Source: Epithemia pelagica (Eukaryota; Protista; Bacillariophyta). Taken from it: a stretch of DNA of 64,000 nt. The translations under genes were made by a program, and so were the position numbers. The notes below the pieces were generated by a model that saw only the letters and a program-made list of their open reading frames with translations, had not been told where the DNA came from and ran no database searches. Below, piece after piece: positions 42,209-54,142 of this stretch. The first letter of the stretch is position 1. Every line of letters starts with the position of its first letter. The stretch lies in contig OX337232.1 in assembly GCA_946965045.2 (NCBI GenBank), forward strand, positions 992,001-1,056,000. The letters run 5' to 3'.

Positions 42209-43498
42209 TTATGGTTCCCATCCAGCCGTGTATTGCGTCACTGCGACAATGAGGGCAATTCCTCCCATGAGCGCCCCAAATTTCTTCCACTTGTGTGTGG
42301 AATCTTCCCATTCTTCGGGAATCACTTCGGTTGCACCGACATAGACAAAGGTTCCGGCCACAATCGCCAACATGATGGAATCCACGACGGGCGCCGCATA
42401 TTCATTCACAGCCATGCCCAATGCCACTCCCAAAGGTCCCATGCAACTAAAAATACTCAAAAATTGGATAATTTGTGCCTTGGGCATGCCCGATTTGAGA
42501 AAGGCCACCAACAAGGCAATCGATTCGGCCGGTTGGTGCAAGGCAATGCTCGTCGTGAGCAAGGCGGCGTCACCAAAGGTATCGGATAAGCCCAAGGCCA
42601 TCATTTCCAAAACACTGTGAACTCCCAAAGCACCCAACAAAATAATGGCACTGCGACCACTATTGTGCCCTGGTGCTTCTGCGACAGCACCATTCTCTTT
42701 TGTTGCAGCCTCGTCCTGGCTTGTCGTCGTCGTGGTATGTCCCGAATCGCCGCCACCACCACCCTGTTGCATTTCATGCAAAATATCATGCGCATCAAAT
42801 GCCACTTTTTCGACAAAGAAAATAATCAAATATCCTGCCAGTACCATGGCAAAGGGAGCCGTTTCGGGCCATGTCGAATCAAATCCATGGACGCATTCCG
42901 GAATCAAATGAAAAAAGGCCAGGGACAAAAAGACACCACCTGAAAAGGCATTGGCCAAACTCAAGGCCAGTTGATTGTCCGCAATCTTTTTGCTTTGCAA
43001 GGGTCCCAACCAACAAATCACATTAATGGCGGTCAAAAAGGCTTGCATAATGACCTTCCAGGCATGCAAGGGAATGCCATAGGGTGCCACGGCGGTCGAT
43101 CCGACGGATTCGGCGGCAGAAGACGCCATGTGGCCCCCTCGTGGAAGTTCGGCACATCGTTGGAGGCATTTGGGACAATCTTCCATGTCGTCATGGTCGT
43201 CCGAATCTTGCAAAAAGGCGGTGTTGGGTGTCGACTGCTCCGACGTGGCAGGAGGACTGCATCGACCATTGGTAGATTCGTTCGTTGGGGCAGCCAAGAC
43301 ACAAGTGGTCGATGGCGATGAGGCATCTTTGTTGTCAATGTTGTGGCAATTGGTTTCGTCGTCGTCGTCATCTTGATTGGTTGTCTTGGTCCAATCTGTA
43401 CGAGGAGCTGCTCGAGATGCATGGAGGACTGTCGCGGCCGGATCGGCCGTCACCACATTGGTAAACAGAAACAAACTCAAGGTGAATATTCCCTTCAT
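42209..43498 (-). CDS. ZIP-family zinc/iron transporter
   Basis: SGGVFLSLAFFHLIPE, HSVLEMMALG, LHQPAES and AGTFVYVG, with multiple TM helices. Likely start is MKGIFTLSLFLF at 43498. Confidence 0.92.
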   Translation of the reverse strand: MKGIFTLSLFLFTNVVTADPAATVLHASRAAPRTDWTKTTNQDDDDDETNCHNIDNKDASSPSTTCVLAAPTNESTNGRCSPPATSEQSTPNTAFLQDSDDHDDMEDCPKCLQRCAELPRGGHMASSAAESVGSTAVAPYGIPLHAWKVIMQAFLTAINVICWLGPLQSKKIADNQLALSLANAFSGGVFLSLAFFHLIPECVHGFDSTWPETAPFAMVLAGYLIIFFVEKVAFDAHDILHEMQQGGGGGDSGHTTTTTSQDEAATKENGAVAEAPGHNSGRSAIILLGALGVHSVLEMMALGLSDTFGDAALLTTSIALHQPAESIALLVAFLKSGMPKAQIIQFLSIFSCMGPLGVALGMAVNEYAAPVVDSIMLAIVAGTFVYVGATEVIPEEWEDSTHKWKKFGALMGGIALIVAVTQYTAGWEP

Positions 43499-44007
43499 TT
43501 GGAGTTTGCTAATCGTCACAGAAGCACAAGAACGACGAGTCTTTCGATTTGATGAAGGCAAAGAAACAGTAGATGGACGAATCAAGGGCGAGGATGGGGA
43601 TGATATCAGATAAGTACCAAATTGTACCAGCATACTTTCGCTTCGTGTCCTATTTCTCTTTTGGAATGGATCCCACGCAAAAGACAAAACGAGAGAGGGC
43701 GACGACAAGAGGAGAAGGGATCAGAACACAGTGTTTGGTGGGAAACAACGAGTGGCATCGCGACACGCTGCAACACAAACCCTTTGGGTCTCTCGATAAA
43801 CAACTCACTTTTTGCTCGGTGTGTGTCTTTTGGGACCATGACCATGGCCATTGGTGGAGTTGGAGTGTGACAATGTTCCGTGACAACTGGTTCGTTGTTC
43901 TCGAGCGGGGTTCTGGCTTCTAAAACGTCAGCAGATGCCGAACATGCGCAGGAGGCCACGTAGCCTATTTAACAAGGAAATGTCGGGCTGTGGTCCATGT
44001 GACGCAG

Positions 44008-44021
44008 ACATGACGTCATGT
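44008..44021. promoter_or_regulatory. Perfect 14-bp palindrome ACATGACGTCATGT containing a CRE (TGACGTCA) core
   Basis: About 510 bp upstream of the ZIP transporter start. TGACGC at 44000-44005 and CCACGT lie nearby. Confidence 0.45.
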
Positions 44022-44779
44022 TTGGTCGACCTGCTTCCGCAGCGGTGACACGCCGATGGGTAGTCCCGTGCTTCCACGAGTCCCGCACGCATCCTGGACA
44101 CGGGTAGCTTTGCTATGCTAGGAGTACATTGCTACTTGCTACTCCTACTTCCCTCATCCTGCCTTTCCCATGTTACTCCTAGTTTGAGCATGACAATTGA
44201 CAATGACAAAATGAACTCCTCCAAGGACCATATACTTACGTTCTCCGACTCGATTTCTTTGTTAACTCTGGAAGCCAGAAATGCATTTTGTATTGATCAA
44301 GAAGGAGATTAAATATATGAGTGACAGTGTAGCTGGCTATCATCAACCTGCCTCCTACTTCTAAAATAACTACGGAGAGTGTGGATCTCATTCCAGATTC
44401 CAGCACAAAGTATTGTGGTTTCGTCTCTTATCCTTAATGTCAAGAATCATATTTGTGTAGTGACCATCCTGTATTCTTCTTATCAATTGCCATGAATGAG
44501 AAAGGGACATCACAATCAAGTAATAGTCGTCGTTGCTTTAGTCTCGAGCGCTCCACTGTCGGTAGGGAAAAGTGTCTCTTTCCAATGGCATAGATTCACA
44601 ACCAACAACAAATGATTACAAAACAATGATTTCAACCAAGTATGCCACATCGATGCGGAATTTCTGATTGGAACTACAACTCGAACAAACCAACCAGTTT
44701 GGTGCAAAGCAGCAGTCCTTCGTCTCCAAATAAAATAGACGACAATTCGTTCTTTTCCAGTTACCGGTGGAATAATTCC

Positions 44780-45349
44780 TTACGAAGGATGATAGCAGGC
44801 ATGGTCCGATGTCGTTGTGCCGTTGCCCATTCCCTGTGGGTGGTCGCCGTTGTTGCTAGTGGTATTCGATGGTTCTTCCGAAAGTTGCAAGGAATCAATC
44901 AAGGTCATGCGCAAGGGAGTCAAAACATTTTGGAGCAAGGGTACCGCCGTAGTTCGCACGGCGGCCAAATTGGCCGACGGTCCACACAGGACCGTTACCA
45001 CCAAGGGGGGCCAATACAAGTGCAACAAACAACCGTGATTGTAAATGGCGGTAATGCACTTAACCTTGTCCAACCCCAAGACGGGCAATTGTTTCGACGG
45101 CGGTGCCCACACCGTTTCCAACAAGGCCAAGGTTTCTTCATTGTACAGTGTCTCCGATGTGTCCTGGGAATTCCAGGGGTCGGCCCCACGGCCGTACACG
45201 CGTCCCAATGGAACGCCTTCCATCGTGGACAAGGTAATAGCTCTCACATGACCCGACGACTGATTACAGAGTGTCACTACTTGCTGTAGCGACTTTTGCA
45301 GTGATGAAGGGAGAAGATTGTTTGGATCGATGGGGTGGATGTTGGACAT
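44780..45349 (-). CDS. LAMTOR3: Ragulator subunit LAMTOR3/MP1-like roadblock protein
   Basis: 189 aa from ATG 45349. RAITLSTMEGVPL and LGLDKVKCITAIYNHGCLLHLYWPPLVVTVLCGPSANL parallel the LAMTOR3 pattern (AIVVSDRDGVP; LGLSKNKSIICYYN...LPLVVSFIASSSAN). Confidence 0.75.
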   Translation of the reverse strand: MSNIHPIDPNNLLPSSLQKSLQQVVTLCNQSSGHVRAITLSTMEGVPLGRVYGRGADPWNSQDTSETLYNEETLALLETVWAPPSKQLPVLGLDKVKCITAIYNHGCLLHLYWPPLVVTVLCGPSANLAAVRTTAVPLLQNVLTPLRMTLIDSLQLSEEPSNTTSNNGDHPQGMGNGTTTSDHACYHPS

Positions 45350-45649
45350 GGTCAATAGTTCCGGTTTCCGATAGCGATGTGTTGGATTTTTTTTGGTCGT
45401 TGGTTTCCAAATAATACGCGACCGGTTATGGGGTGGAGGCGGTCTCTCCGTGGTCCGTTCTCTGCAGTGCGTGCTGGGATTACAACAAAACCTGAACCGA
45501 CCACTACCACGATAAGACCATGGATGATCCCTTTCCAACATACAGAAGGTTGTGATCCTACAAGGAAGAAGAGGAGGAAAGGAAGAAGCAAGCACTAAGG
45601 CCAATAGTAGCCTACCATAGTGGTAAGACCAACAGCAGTCATCTGAACC

Positions 45650-47116
45650 ATGGATGACAACAAAGTGGACCCGCTTGCAGACATTCCTGCTTTCATGCGA
45701 GGATCGCTGATCCGCACAGATAAAATTATATATCAATTGTTCATTCAGTATGTCCAAAAAGGAGAAGATCATGGCGTTGAGTATCTCAAGGAATTCCTCA
45801 TGAGACAAGGTGCTTACTTCTACTCGATCGACGAAGTCTTGTCGGAGGATCACGTTGATAAATTGGAACTTCATGATATCACGAAGCGGGAAGATGGATC
45901 CGTACAAACCGATTTGGCTGAAGCCTTTCGCCGCGTTGATCAGGTGCCAAGTTACAATGTCCAGGGGCAAGTGCAAGAGTTTCAAGTGACGCGCCGTGGC
46001 GTACTGGAAGGCTTGCAGACCGCGCCGTCGAACTGTTCCAGTCATGGATCCAACACGAAGAAAACAATTTGGAATGTAGACATTTTTGGCCGCCCATTTG
46101 AGAAGGTAATATCAAGTGAGGTTGCGCATTTGCTGCCGGATGCGGCTGCCGACTCGGTAGAGTGGTACGACGTCGCCTGTTGGGCCTTGGGATACGACCC
46201 TCGGGTCGCTCGGTGGGAAGATATATTTCGCCTACTACATGGAACCAAACCAGGGCAGAAGCGAACGTTTGGTTCAGGAATTTGTCATTTTGTAGCAAAC
46301 AAGGCTCGGATCAACCAGCAAGAGAGGCTGATTGAAAAGAATGACCCTCAGCTATTGTTGCTTCCGATTATGTCTCGACAGCAATGCCTGGACTGGAATG
46401 GTGATGACTACGATGTCATTGTGTTGGTTGGTACGGACGAGGATAAAGGTGGCTATAAATGGGCGGTGAAAGAAGTGGGCATGACCGACATTGCATACTC
46501 TCGTATGGGAGATGCTTCCAAGGATGAGTTTTTAAAAGCGATGAGTCTTCTACGAGAATGCACATTTGCCATGGTTCAAGCCTTGGTGAATTTGGAACCA
46601 CCACCTGTCGAAGAATATGCGACAGAAGAACAGAAGAAGAAAATGCGGGATGCTGTTCAAGCACGAAAGGCTCGGCAAGCCGATTTTCTCTCCTTTGCCA
46701 GAGAAAGTTCCGTTACCGTCCCAAACGTCGAGGACAAAATGTTCTCAGTTGATAATAATCCTTTTCGTGGGATATGCAAAGTGTCCTTCAGCAACGACAA
46801 AGCCAAAAAGCTTCACCCAGCACCAGATCCATTGTTGCTGGTGTCTCGAGCTTCTGTTGTGTGGTCTGTCAGACAAAGGTTTCGACTCCGGGCATCTGCC
46901 ATTGGTGCAGATGATTCATACTCGGAATGGGAGGAAGATTTGAAGCAGATGGAACTTCTTCACCAGGCTCATCGTGACCAAAGTTTGCGGGCTATCTTTT
47001 CGGAGACTGCCCTATCCGTGAAAAAGCATGACACGGAAGAGGACAACAGCACCAACAACAGTATGTCTGATCTGTCCACAGAAATGGACTCCTCAACTGG
47101 CGCAATGTCTAGTTAG
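45650..47116 (+). CDS. Hypothetical 488-aa protein with an HNH-like motif
   Basis: Long ATG ORF. EVAHLLP followed by ...ANKARI...LLLLPI resembles a degenerate HNH_2 nuclease (inference). Confidence 0.6.
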   Translation: MDDNKVDPLADIPAFMRGSLIRTDKIIYQLFIQYVQKGEDHGVEYLKEFLMRQGAYFYSIDEVLSEDHVDKLELHDITKREDGSVQTDLAEAFRRVDQVPSYNVQGQVQEFQVTRRGVLEGLQTAPSNCSSHGSNTKKTIWNVDIFGRPFEKVISSEVAHLLPDAAADSVEWYDVACWALGYDPRVARWEDIFRLLHGTKPGQKRTFGSGICHFVANKARINQQERLIEKNDPQLLLLPIMSRQQCLDWNGDDYDVIVLVGTDEDKGGYKWAVKEVGMTDIAYSRMGDASKDEFLKAMSLLRECTFAMVQALVNLEPPPVEEYATEEQKKKMRDAVQARKARQADFLSFARESSVTVPNVEDKMFSVDNNPFRGICKVSFSNDKAKKLHPAPDPLLLVSRASVVWSVRQRFRLRASAIGADDSYSEWEEDLKQMELLHQAHRDQSLRAIFSETALSVKKHDTEEDNSTNNSMSDLSTEMDSSTGAMSS

Positions 47117-47159
47117 ATCGTCAATTTTTCATTGAGCTCTGCATTGCGCGGAAGATATT

Positions 47160-48100
<941 letters not shown>

Positions 48101-48689
48101 GAGTGTCATCAAAGAGCACTGCCATAGTCGAAAGAGGCAGCAGATCTGTGTACCATTTCTTCCTTTCTGATGAATTCTTCTTGCTCGGATCAATGAAACA
48201 GGTAGCAAATCCTACATGGCGTCATTCGCGGATATGATGGAAGAACAATGGTGTTGCAAACTGGGCAGGAGAATCAAGTCAAGGTCGCCATAGTGAAGAG
48301 TAGCTAGATGCACATGATCTATTTCGTTGGCACTCTCCCTTGGCCTTTACCATTGATGCAGAATAAACGGTGTCACAATTTGAACGATGTTGTGGTTCAC
48401 AAGCCTTTGGTACACGGTGCAGTGGTTGCTAGTTGCTACAGAAGGATGCATTTCCGTTTCCTTCTTTCTCAAACTCCATTGCATCTGCTCTTATTTCCTT
48501 TCCCTTCTTTCTCAAACTTGATCGCATCTCTCACCGCCAAGCGTGATGCAGTGCTCCTGTCCTGATTCAATTTTATATCCATGCTTGTTCTTGTTGTCGT
48601 CCAGTATTTTCCAGGCCCGACGAGATCGGAAAACGTGTATGGAACGGGTTCGGCGAGTCATCCAACCAACAATGTGAGTAAATTGTCGA

Positions 48690-50633
48690 CTAGGATCGGT
48701 CCATCCAAATTTGCTTGGGAATCTTTTTCAAATCTCGTTGTCGCATGTCATTGGTGTATTTAAAGAAGAATTCGCCTTGAATCTTGTCCGCAATGCGGGA
48801 CACGAGCCACGACACGACCGTGCCTCCCACCAACCATTTCAGCAACGCACCGCGTCCCAACGCTCGGACGGGTCGTGGAAGCACGAGACTCATTCGGGAC
48901 AGGAGCGAATCACTGGACGGATTGTGCAGTAAAGGTACCAACGAAGCCAACGCCGTCACTCGGGCCATGGTCCGTGTGAGAGTCCTCAAGCGTTGACAAT
49001 TGCGGACCACGTCTTGCGAATCGGAACAAATCTCCAATTGTTGTGTTTGACGATCCAACACAATGGACCGTGGAGGTGTCGAAGCAAAGGTCCCGGCCGC
49101 CTCGAGTTGCAACAATCGTGCCGGTCGATTGGGACTCTTCCACAAGGTGGCATCCCAGAATTGTTCCATGCGGGCCCCCAACTTTTCCGTAGGACTGCAC
49201 AAACAAAACAAGTTGCGACGTGTCCGACTGGGTGGCAAGGACGTGGATGACGGTATCTCATTGTGGTTGTTGTTGGTTGCCGCCATGGCCTGTTTTAAAT
49301 CCTTGGCTTCCTGACCCAAAATATATTGTTGCTGAGTGGCCAAGAGGTAGGTATCTTGATCCAAAAAATTATCCAAGGCTAATTTGGGAATCCATCGTCG
49401 CGCCATGAAATTGAACAAGAAATTATTCCTGCCTTGTCGAAAGACCAAGGCACTCATAAAGCGTGACCGGCCGGCCCCCACGGGGCAAATAAAAAAGACC
49501 ACTGACGCGGCACTCAATGGCAAGTCGTCACGGCCCTCGAGCGTCGCCGCTTCCAACTCGGTACGATTCACACGTTTTTGTTGGACAAAGGAGGGAGCCA
49601 CAAAGGTGGTGGTGGCCATTTGATCGCTTGGTTGGGTCGGTGGTTGTTTGGCGGTTCCCCGCAATTCTTGATCCACTTGCAATACCTTGTAATTGGCCGG
49701 AACTTGGACTTGAATCTTCCATCCCTTGCCGTTTTGAGGAAATTCTTCTCGTCCAATCGCCATGGGATATTGCGACGAGGCCGAGTAGAGATCAAAGCCC
49801 TTGGATTGATGGGCAAACAAACCATGATCGGCATCGCAGATATTGGACAACAAAATGGACCAATCGACATGTGGAAAATCGCGAACAAAGGGTGTAATCA
49901 ATTGGTATCCCGGAACGCCATATTCTGGTACCGAGGGAGGTGGAGGAGCTACCAAGGCTTGTTCCCAAGGTCCACCCGGAAAGATCCAAATCATTTCTTG
50001 ATGAATTTGTGCTGGTACGGCTTGCGCCTGGGAGGCACTGGGATACCGAGGTGGTGATGCCAAAGAATTACCACTGTCTCCCTTCACCAATTGCGGGATT
50101 TCGACACAGGCTCCCGTCGTGCCATTAAAGCTCCATCCATGGTACGAACATTGGACCAACCCCGAACACGTCACACGCCCTTGCGATAACGAGGCAGCCT
50201 TGTGGGGACAGGCATCGTGCAAACACAACACTTGCGTATCGGAACGCTTGACCACGACATAGTCTTGATCAAACACTGTGACTTTTGTTGGTTCGTTGAG
50301 TGGGACATCGCGAGCCCAAATGACGGGATACCAATGGGCCATGTAATCAAACGAGGCAAAGGAGGACGAGGGGGAGGAGGAGGATTCCATCATGGGATTG
50401 TTGGATCCACCCGTCTCGATCGTCGAGTCAACGGCGACCGACGTGAGTGGATGCAACGGGCCCGGCACAGATGGACCATGAGGACCAATGGTCAACGGCC
50501 GCCAAGTAAGACGACGTGGTACCCAAAAGGCATGACTGAATTGACCCAATACTAGGAGAAGAGCCACTCCGAGACAAGGACGAAAACATCGTACGGGAGA
50601 CAATGGTGATACGGCTTGTCGTGGCTTTGTCAT
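48690..50633 (-). CDS. Rieske [2Fe-2S] oxygenase, pheophorbide a oxygenase/Tic55-like, plastid-targeted
   Basis: Rieske ligands CPHK...CSYHGW, mononuclear-iron motif NICDADHGLFAH, and a presequence ending SHA-F. Confidence 0.88.
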   Translation of the reverse strand: MTKPRQAVSPLSPVRCFRPCLGVALLLVLGQFSHAFWVPRRLTWRPLTIGPHGPSVPGPLHPLTSVAVDSTIETGGSNNPMMESSSSPSSSFASFDYMAHWYPVIWARDVPLNEPTKVTVFDQDYVVVKRSDTQVLCLHDACPHKAASLSQGRVTCSGLVQCSYHGWSFNGTTGACVEIPQLVKGDSGNSLASPPRYPSASQAQAVPAQIHQEMIWIFPGGPWEQALVAPPPPSVPEYGVPGYQLITPFVRDFPHVDWSILLSNICDADHGLFAHQSKGFDLYSASSQYPMAIGREEFPQNGKGWKIQVQVPANYKVLQVDQELRGTAKQPPTQPSDQMATTTFVAPSFVQQKRVNRTELEAATLEGRDDLPLSAASVVFFICPVGAGRSRFMSALVFRQGRNNFLFNFMARRWIPKLALDNFLDQDTYLLATQQQYILGQEAKDLKQAMAATNNNHNEIPSSTSLPPSRTRRNLFCLCSPTEKLGARMEQFWDATLWKSPNRPARLLQLEAAGTFASTPPRSIVLDRQTQQLEICSDSQDVVRNCQRLRTLTRTMARVTALASLVPLLHNPSSDSLLSRMSLVLPRPVRALGRGALLKWLVGGTVVSWLVSRIADKIQGEFFFKYTNDMRQRDLKKIPKQIWMDRS

Positions 50634-50779
50634 CGTTCGTCGTCTTTGTTCCAACGCAGATGAAAAAAACGTTCAAAATGGATTCAATTCTCGGCTGTTG
50701 TATCGTTACAAATTACAAACACAACAAGTTGATTGATGATTGATCTTGTGTTTCGTTTGTTGATGGACCTCCATCAATC

Positions 50780-50805
50780 GGAACGCACGTGGTGTGACGT
50801 ACTTG
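50780..50805. promoter_or_regulatory. G-box (CACGTG) and TGACGT motifs in the divergent promoter between two plastid-targeted genes
   Basis: Sequence GCACGTGGTGTGACGTAC. The motifs are short and could occur by chance. Confidence 0.3.
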
Positions 50806-51345
50806 GGCGCGCGTGCCGGCTCCCTCAGTCTCTCGATCTCAACCATGGGACAAAGATGTAGTTACGCTCAAGCGCTTCAAAAATGAAGCGGTAGGTAGTA
50901 GTATTCGCTTCTTAAAGCAGCGCTGAAACATCCTACTAAACTGTTGTGATATTCGCGTTAGGAAGTATTGGTGTCGGCCCAACAACGCCAACAGCGAGGC
51001 AACCACCTGTTGGTTCTGTTCCGCGCTGTCAACCCAATTGAATACGTGTTCTATGTTGCGGTGCGAGTTTGGTGAGGTTTGGGCATTCTATATTTTTCTT
51101 TTGGCATTTGGGGCGCGTCTTTGGCTTCTCAAGGCACTACTCTAGAGGACTTGGACTCTTGGTGTTCCATTTCCCTCTCTTCTTCTTGTTCAATTCCCTT
51201 CCATTCATACAGATAGGCAGCCTCTCTGCGGTGGACATTGCCGTAGGAACAGTCCTTTTGCTTGGAACCAACGTGTGATAGTTGTTCCTTTTCTCGCGTT
51301 CGTTCGGTTTGTCTTGTGTTCCATTCGAACCAAATCAAGGCTCGC

Positions 51346-52698
51346 ATGTGGCTCTCCTCCCCCGCCTCCTCCCAACGGTGGTCGACCCGAAGAACGGCCC
51401 TCTGGTTGGTCCTGGTCTGGTCCCATTCCTCGTTGTCGTCGTCGTCGTCCTGTCACGCCTTTGTGACACCACTGTCGTCCTGTTCCGGGCAAAGGTCCCT
51501 GTTGCGGCCGCATTCCACCACCACGCCCTCTTGGTTACAGGCAGGTTCTTCCTCCAACGACTGGAACGACGACAAGGACAAGGAGGACGACGACAAACGG
51601 GAGTCTTTGGACGAAACACGACAATGGCTCGAACGGCTCTTGACACACACCACACCGACCACGGATACCACCACCACGAAAAAGAAGAAGATCCACCAAC
51701 CGACCGGCGATTCCAACCAACCGCAGCAACCACGAAAACGGCGACGAAGATCCAATCCGTTTTCCTTTTTGGAACAATGGTTTGGAAATAACAATAATGA
51801 CGAGAATGAGAACGATTCCCAGCAAGACAAGGCTCTGACACCACCCAATGCCTGGGACACTTCCGCTCCATCTCCAACCACCACAATCAATTTGTCCATT
51901 TTGGACCCACGCTTGCAGCAACCCTTGAGTGCATCGACGACATCTTCTTCTTCTTCACCATGCAAACCTTTGACGGCCATGCAAGTCGATCGCCGTCAGG
52001 CGGAAATTCATTTGTTGACGCAATTGTTGGAGAGCAACGATGTCGTGGATGATTTGTGGCATTTGTGGTTGCACGAACAAGGCTTGGAGGGTGCGGCCTC
52101 TATGCGACAGGTGGAAGAGTGTTTGACCACACCCATGCAGTGGCCCAAGGCGGAAACCACCATGATTCAATTGATTCAACAGTTTGAGACGTCCTGGGCC
52201 GAACCCATTAATCGACTGGCCACTCTCTATTATATGCAAGGACGCATGGAAGAATCCGAACAATTGTGTCTGGTCGTTTTGTCCATTAAACCCTGGCATT
52301 TTGGAGCCCTCTCGGGTCTGGTCATGGTCTATGCCTCGATGCAACAAACCGACTTGGCGCGACACTGGGCCGCCCGACGATTGCCGTCCTTGCAGCCCAC
52401 GAGCGTGCCGCCCAACCCCTTGTCGTCGTCGTCCTCGACTTCGGCTTCCTCGTCGTCGCCGTCATTCAATCCCCGCCGTATTCAATGGGTCCAAATGGCG
52501 ACTCGACAAGCGGCCGATCAATTGGAACACCAGTTGGAACAAGGATCCAATTGGTGGGGACCGCCCGATGAACACAATCATCATCCACACAATGAGAACA
52601 ACAACAACAACAATCGCCCAAACGGCGACACTTGCCAGGACTCGTCGTCATCGTCGTATTCCTCGATTGATACCAGCAATACCAATGCCTGGCAATAA
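51346..52698 (+). CDS. TPR-containing protein, probably plastid-targeted
   Basis: WAEPINRLATLYYMQGRMEESEQLCLVVLSIKPWHFGALSG is TPR-like. Presequence ends CHA-F. Confidence 0.75.
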   Translation: MWLSSPASSQRWSTRRTALWLVLVWSHSSLSSSSSCHAFVTPLSSCSGQRSLLRPHSTTTPSWLQAGSSSNDWNDDKDKEDDDKRESLDETRQWLERLLTHTTPTTDTTTTKKKKIHQPTGDSNQPQQPRKRRRRSNPFSFLEQWFGNNNNDENENDSQQDKALTPPNAWDTSAPSPTTTINLSILDPRLQQPLSASTTSSSSSPCKPLTAMQVDRRQAEIHLLTQLLESNDVVDDLWHLWLHEQGLEGAASMRQVEECLTTPMQWPKAETTMIQLIQQFETSWAEPINRLATLYYMQGRMEESEQLCLVVLSIKPWHFGALSGLVMVYASMQQTDLARHWAARRLPSLQPTSVPPNPLSSSSSTSASSSSPSFNPRRIQWVQMATRQAADQLEHQLEQGSNWWGPPDEHNHHPHNENNNNNNRPNGDTCQDSSSSSYSSIDTSNTNAWQ

Positions 52699-53639
52699 AA
52701 ATCCACATACACGCGCGCATGTGTGTCTGGGGTGCCCTTTCGGATATCATCGTTGCAAAAAAGCTATAGTACCATGATACTACATCTAATAAATCCGGGA
52801 CGAGAAGAGACAGACACTGTACATTGTTTCATTGCGCTCCATTTGGCTACTTTCCCACCATGGTCTCTTTTTTTCTCCCTCCATATCTACGTTTCACTAC
52901 CAAATTCATGCCCTAAACAATAATGTTAAGTATGCAAAAAGCCTCAATGAGAGTGTAGGAATGGTTATCCATCGAGAGCTGGGTCAAACGTACAATGTCT
53001 TGGGTCTTGGATGCGAACAAGGCTGCGACAAGAAAGTTGCGCAAGATCCTTAGCGGAAAGGAAAAGGCAAATGACTTTCCACACATCTTGTCATGCCTTC
53101 GACAGCAGCCTCACCTGATTGGGCGTTCAGACTTGGTGGTCGGATGATCACAGGTACTGATCTCCATTTTTTGCGTGAGAAAAGTGGGCAAGTATCTTGT
53201 AACAGAGTTTCCGTGCAGCATATCATTTACAAGTTGTAAGAGACAGGAGAAAGTGATAGGAGTATGTTATCATTGCACTCTATAGAGGTGCTATGACTTG
53301 TTTATTGTACTATTGCTATCTACATTGCTCTCTACTAGGTAGGTAGGTAGTAGTTAGGTAGGAGTACCTAGAGGAATTTCGCAGACGTTAAGACCAGGCT
53401 TCAGGCTTGTGAATGGTCCTGCATTTTGCTGTCGCTCTGTCCGTCACCCGTAGGTCTGTCGCTCTCGACGACTCCCTGTGGTCAGTGCATTTGGGCATTC
53501 CCCATTCCCCTACATAAAACTACACGTAGACAGCATGGTCAGCCGAACCACAAGGGGAGGTCGTTGTGGTTTTGATTGGCAGACCACGCCATTTTTGGGT
53601 GGTGTTGTTTACTCTATGTGAGGATGTACGGTGAGACTC

Positions 53640-53900
53640 GCCCTCGACCTGTTGTTACCACCCCAATGTCAACTCCTTGATGATCTACTAAGCAAAGAAC
53701 CTACTCTCGGTCAAGGAGTCCTTTGAAACCATTTCATTGCTTACAAAGCAATCGTCATGAAAGGGATCGCCACCTACCAACAACTCGGAGACGCATTCAC
53801 GAAACCACTTGACCCTGGACCTTTCAAAATCGCCCGTAAAAAGATCATGGGGTGGTAACCACCGGTCGAGGGCGAGTGGAATCCCTCGAGGACGACGGCA
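53640..53900 (+). mobile_element. Degenerate copia remnant (RNase H C-terminus, PPT, start of LTR)
   Basis: Translates GIATYQQLGDAFTKPLDPGPFKIARKKIMGW* (stop at 53856-53858), followed by the purine run GAGGGCGAG and TG at 53877. Confidence 0.75.
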
Positions 53901-54142
53901 CCTAAACGCTGGGTCCGCCCGTCCAGGTGAGTTTGAATTTGTGATTGTGTATCTGAAGTCGATCTTGAGATTCTAGTCTAACAGACCCTCCAGGTTTGAA
54001 TGCCGACACAGCTTTTCAAACTGAAGCAAGTGAAGAATGAAAAATCGTTTCGCAAGTTTAGTAGTTTAGTAGTGTTTGTCTCTCTTGAACCAATTCGTCT
54101 CTTCTGTAAGCGACCTACGCAATTGGGCTCGAAGAAACGGGG

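Noticed and set aside
45350-46045. N-terminal 232 aa of the 421-aa ORF 44780-46045
   Set aside because: It is an antisense shadow of the 45650 gene plus intergenic DNA. LAMTOR3 similarity starts after ATG 45349.
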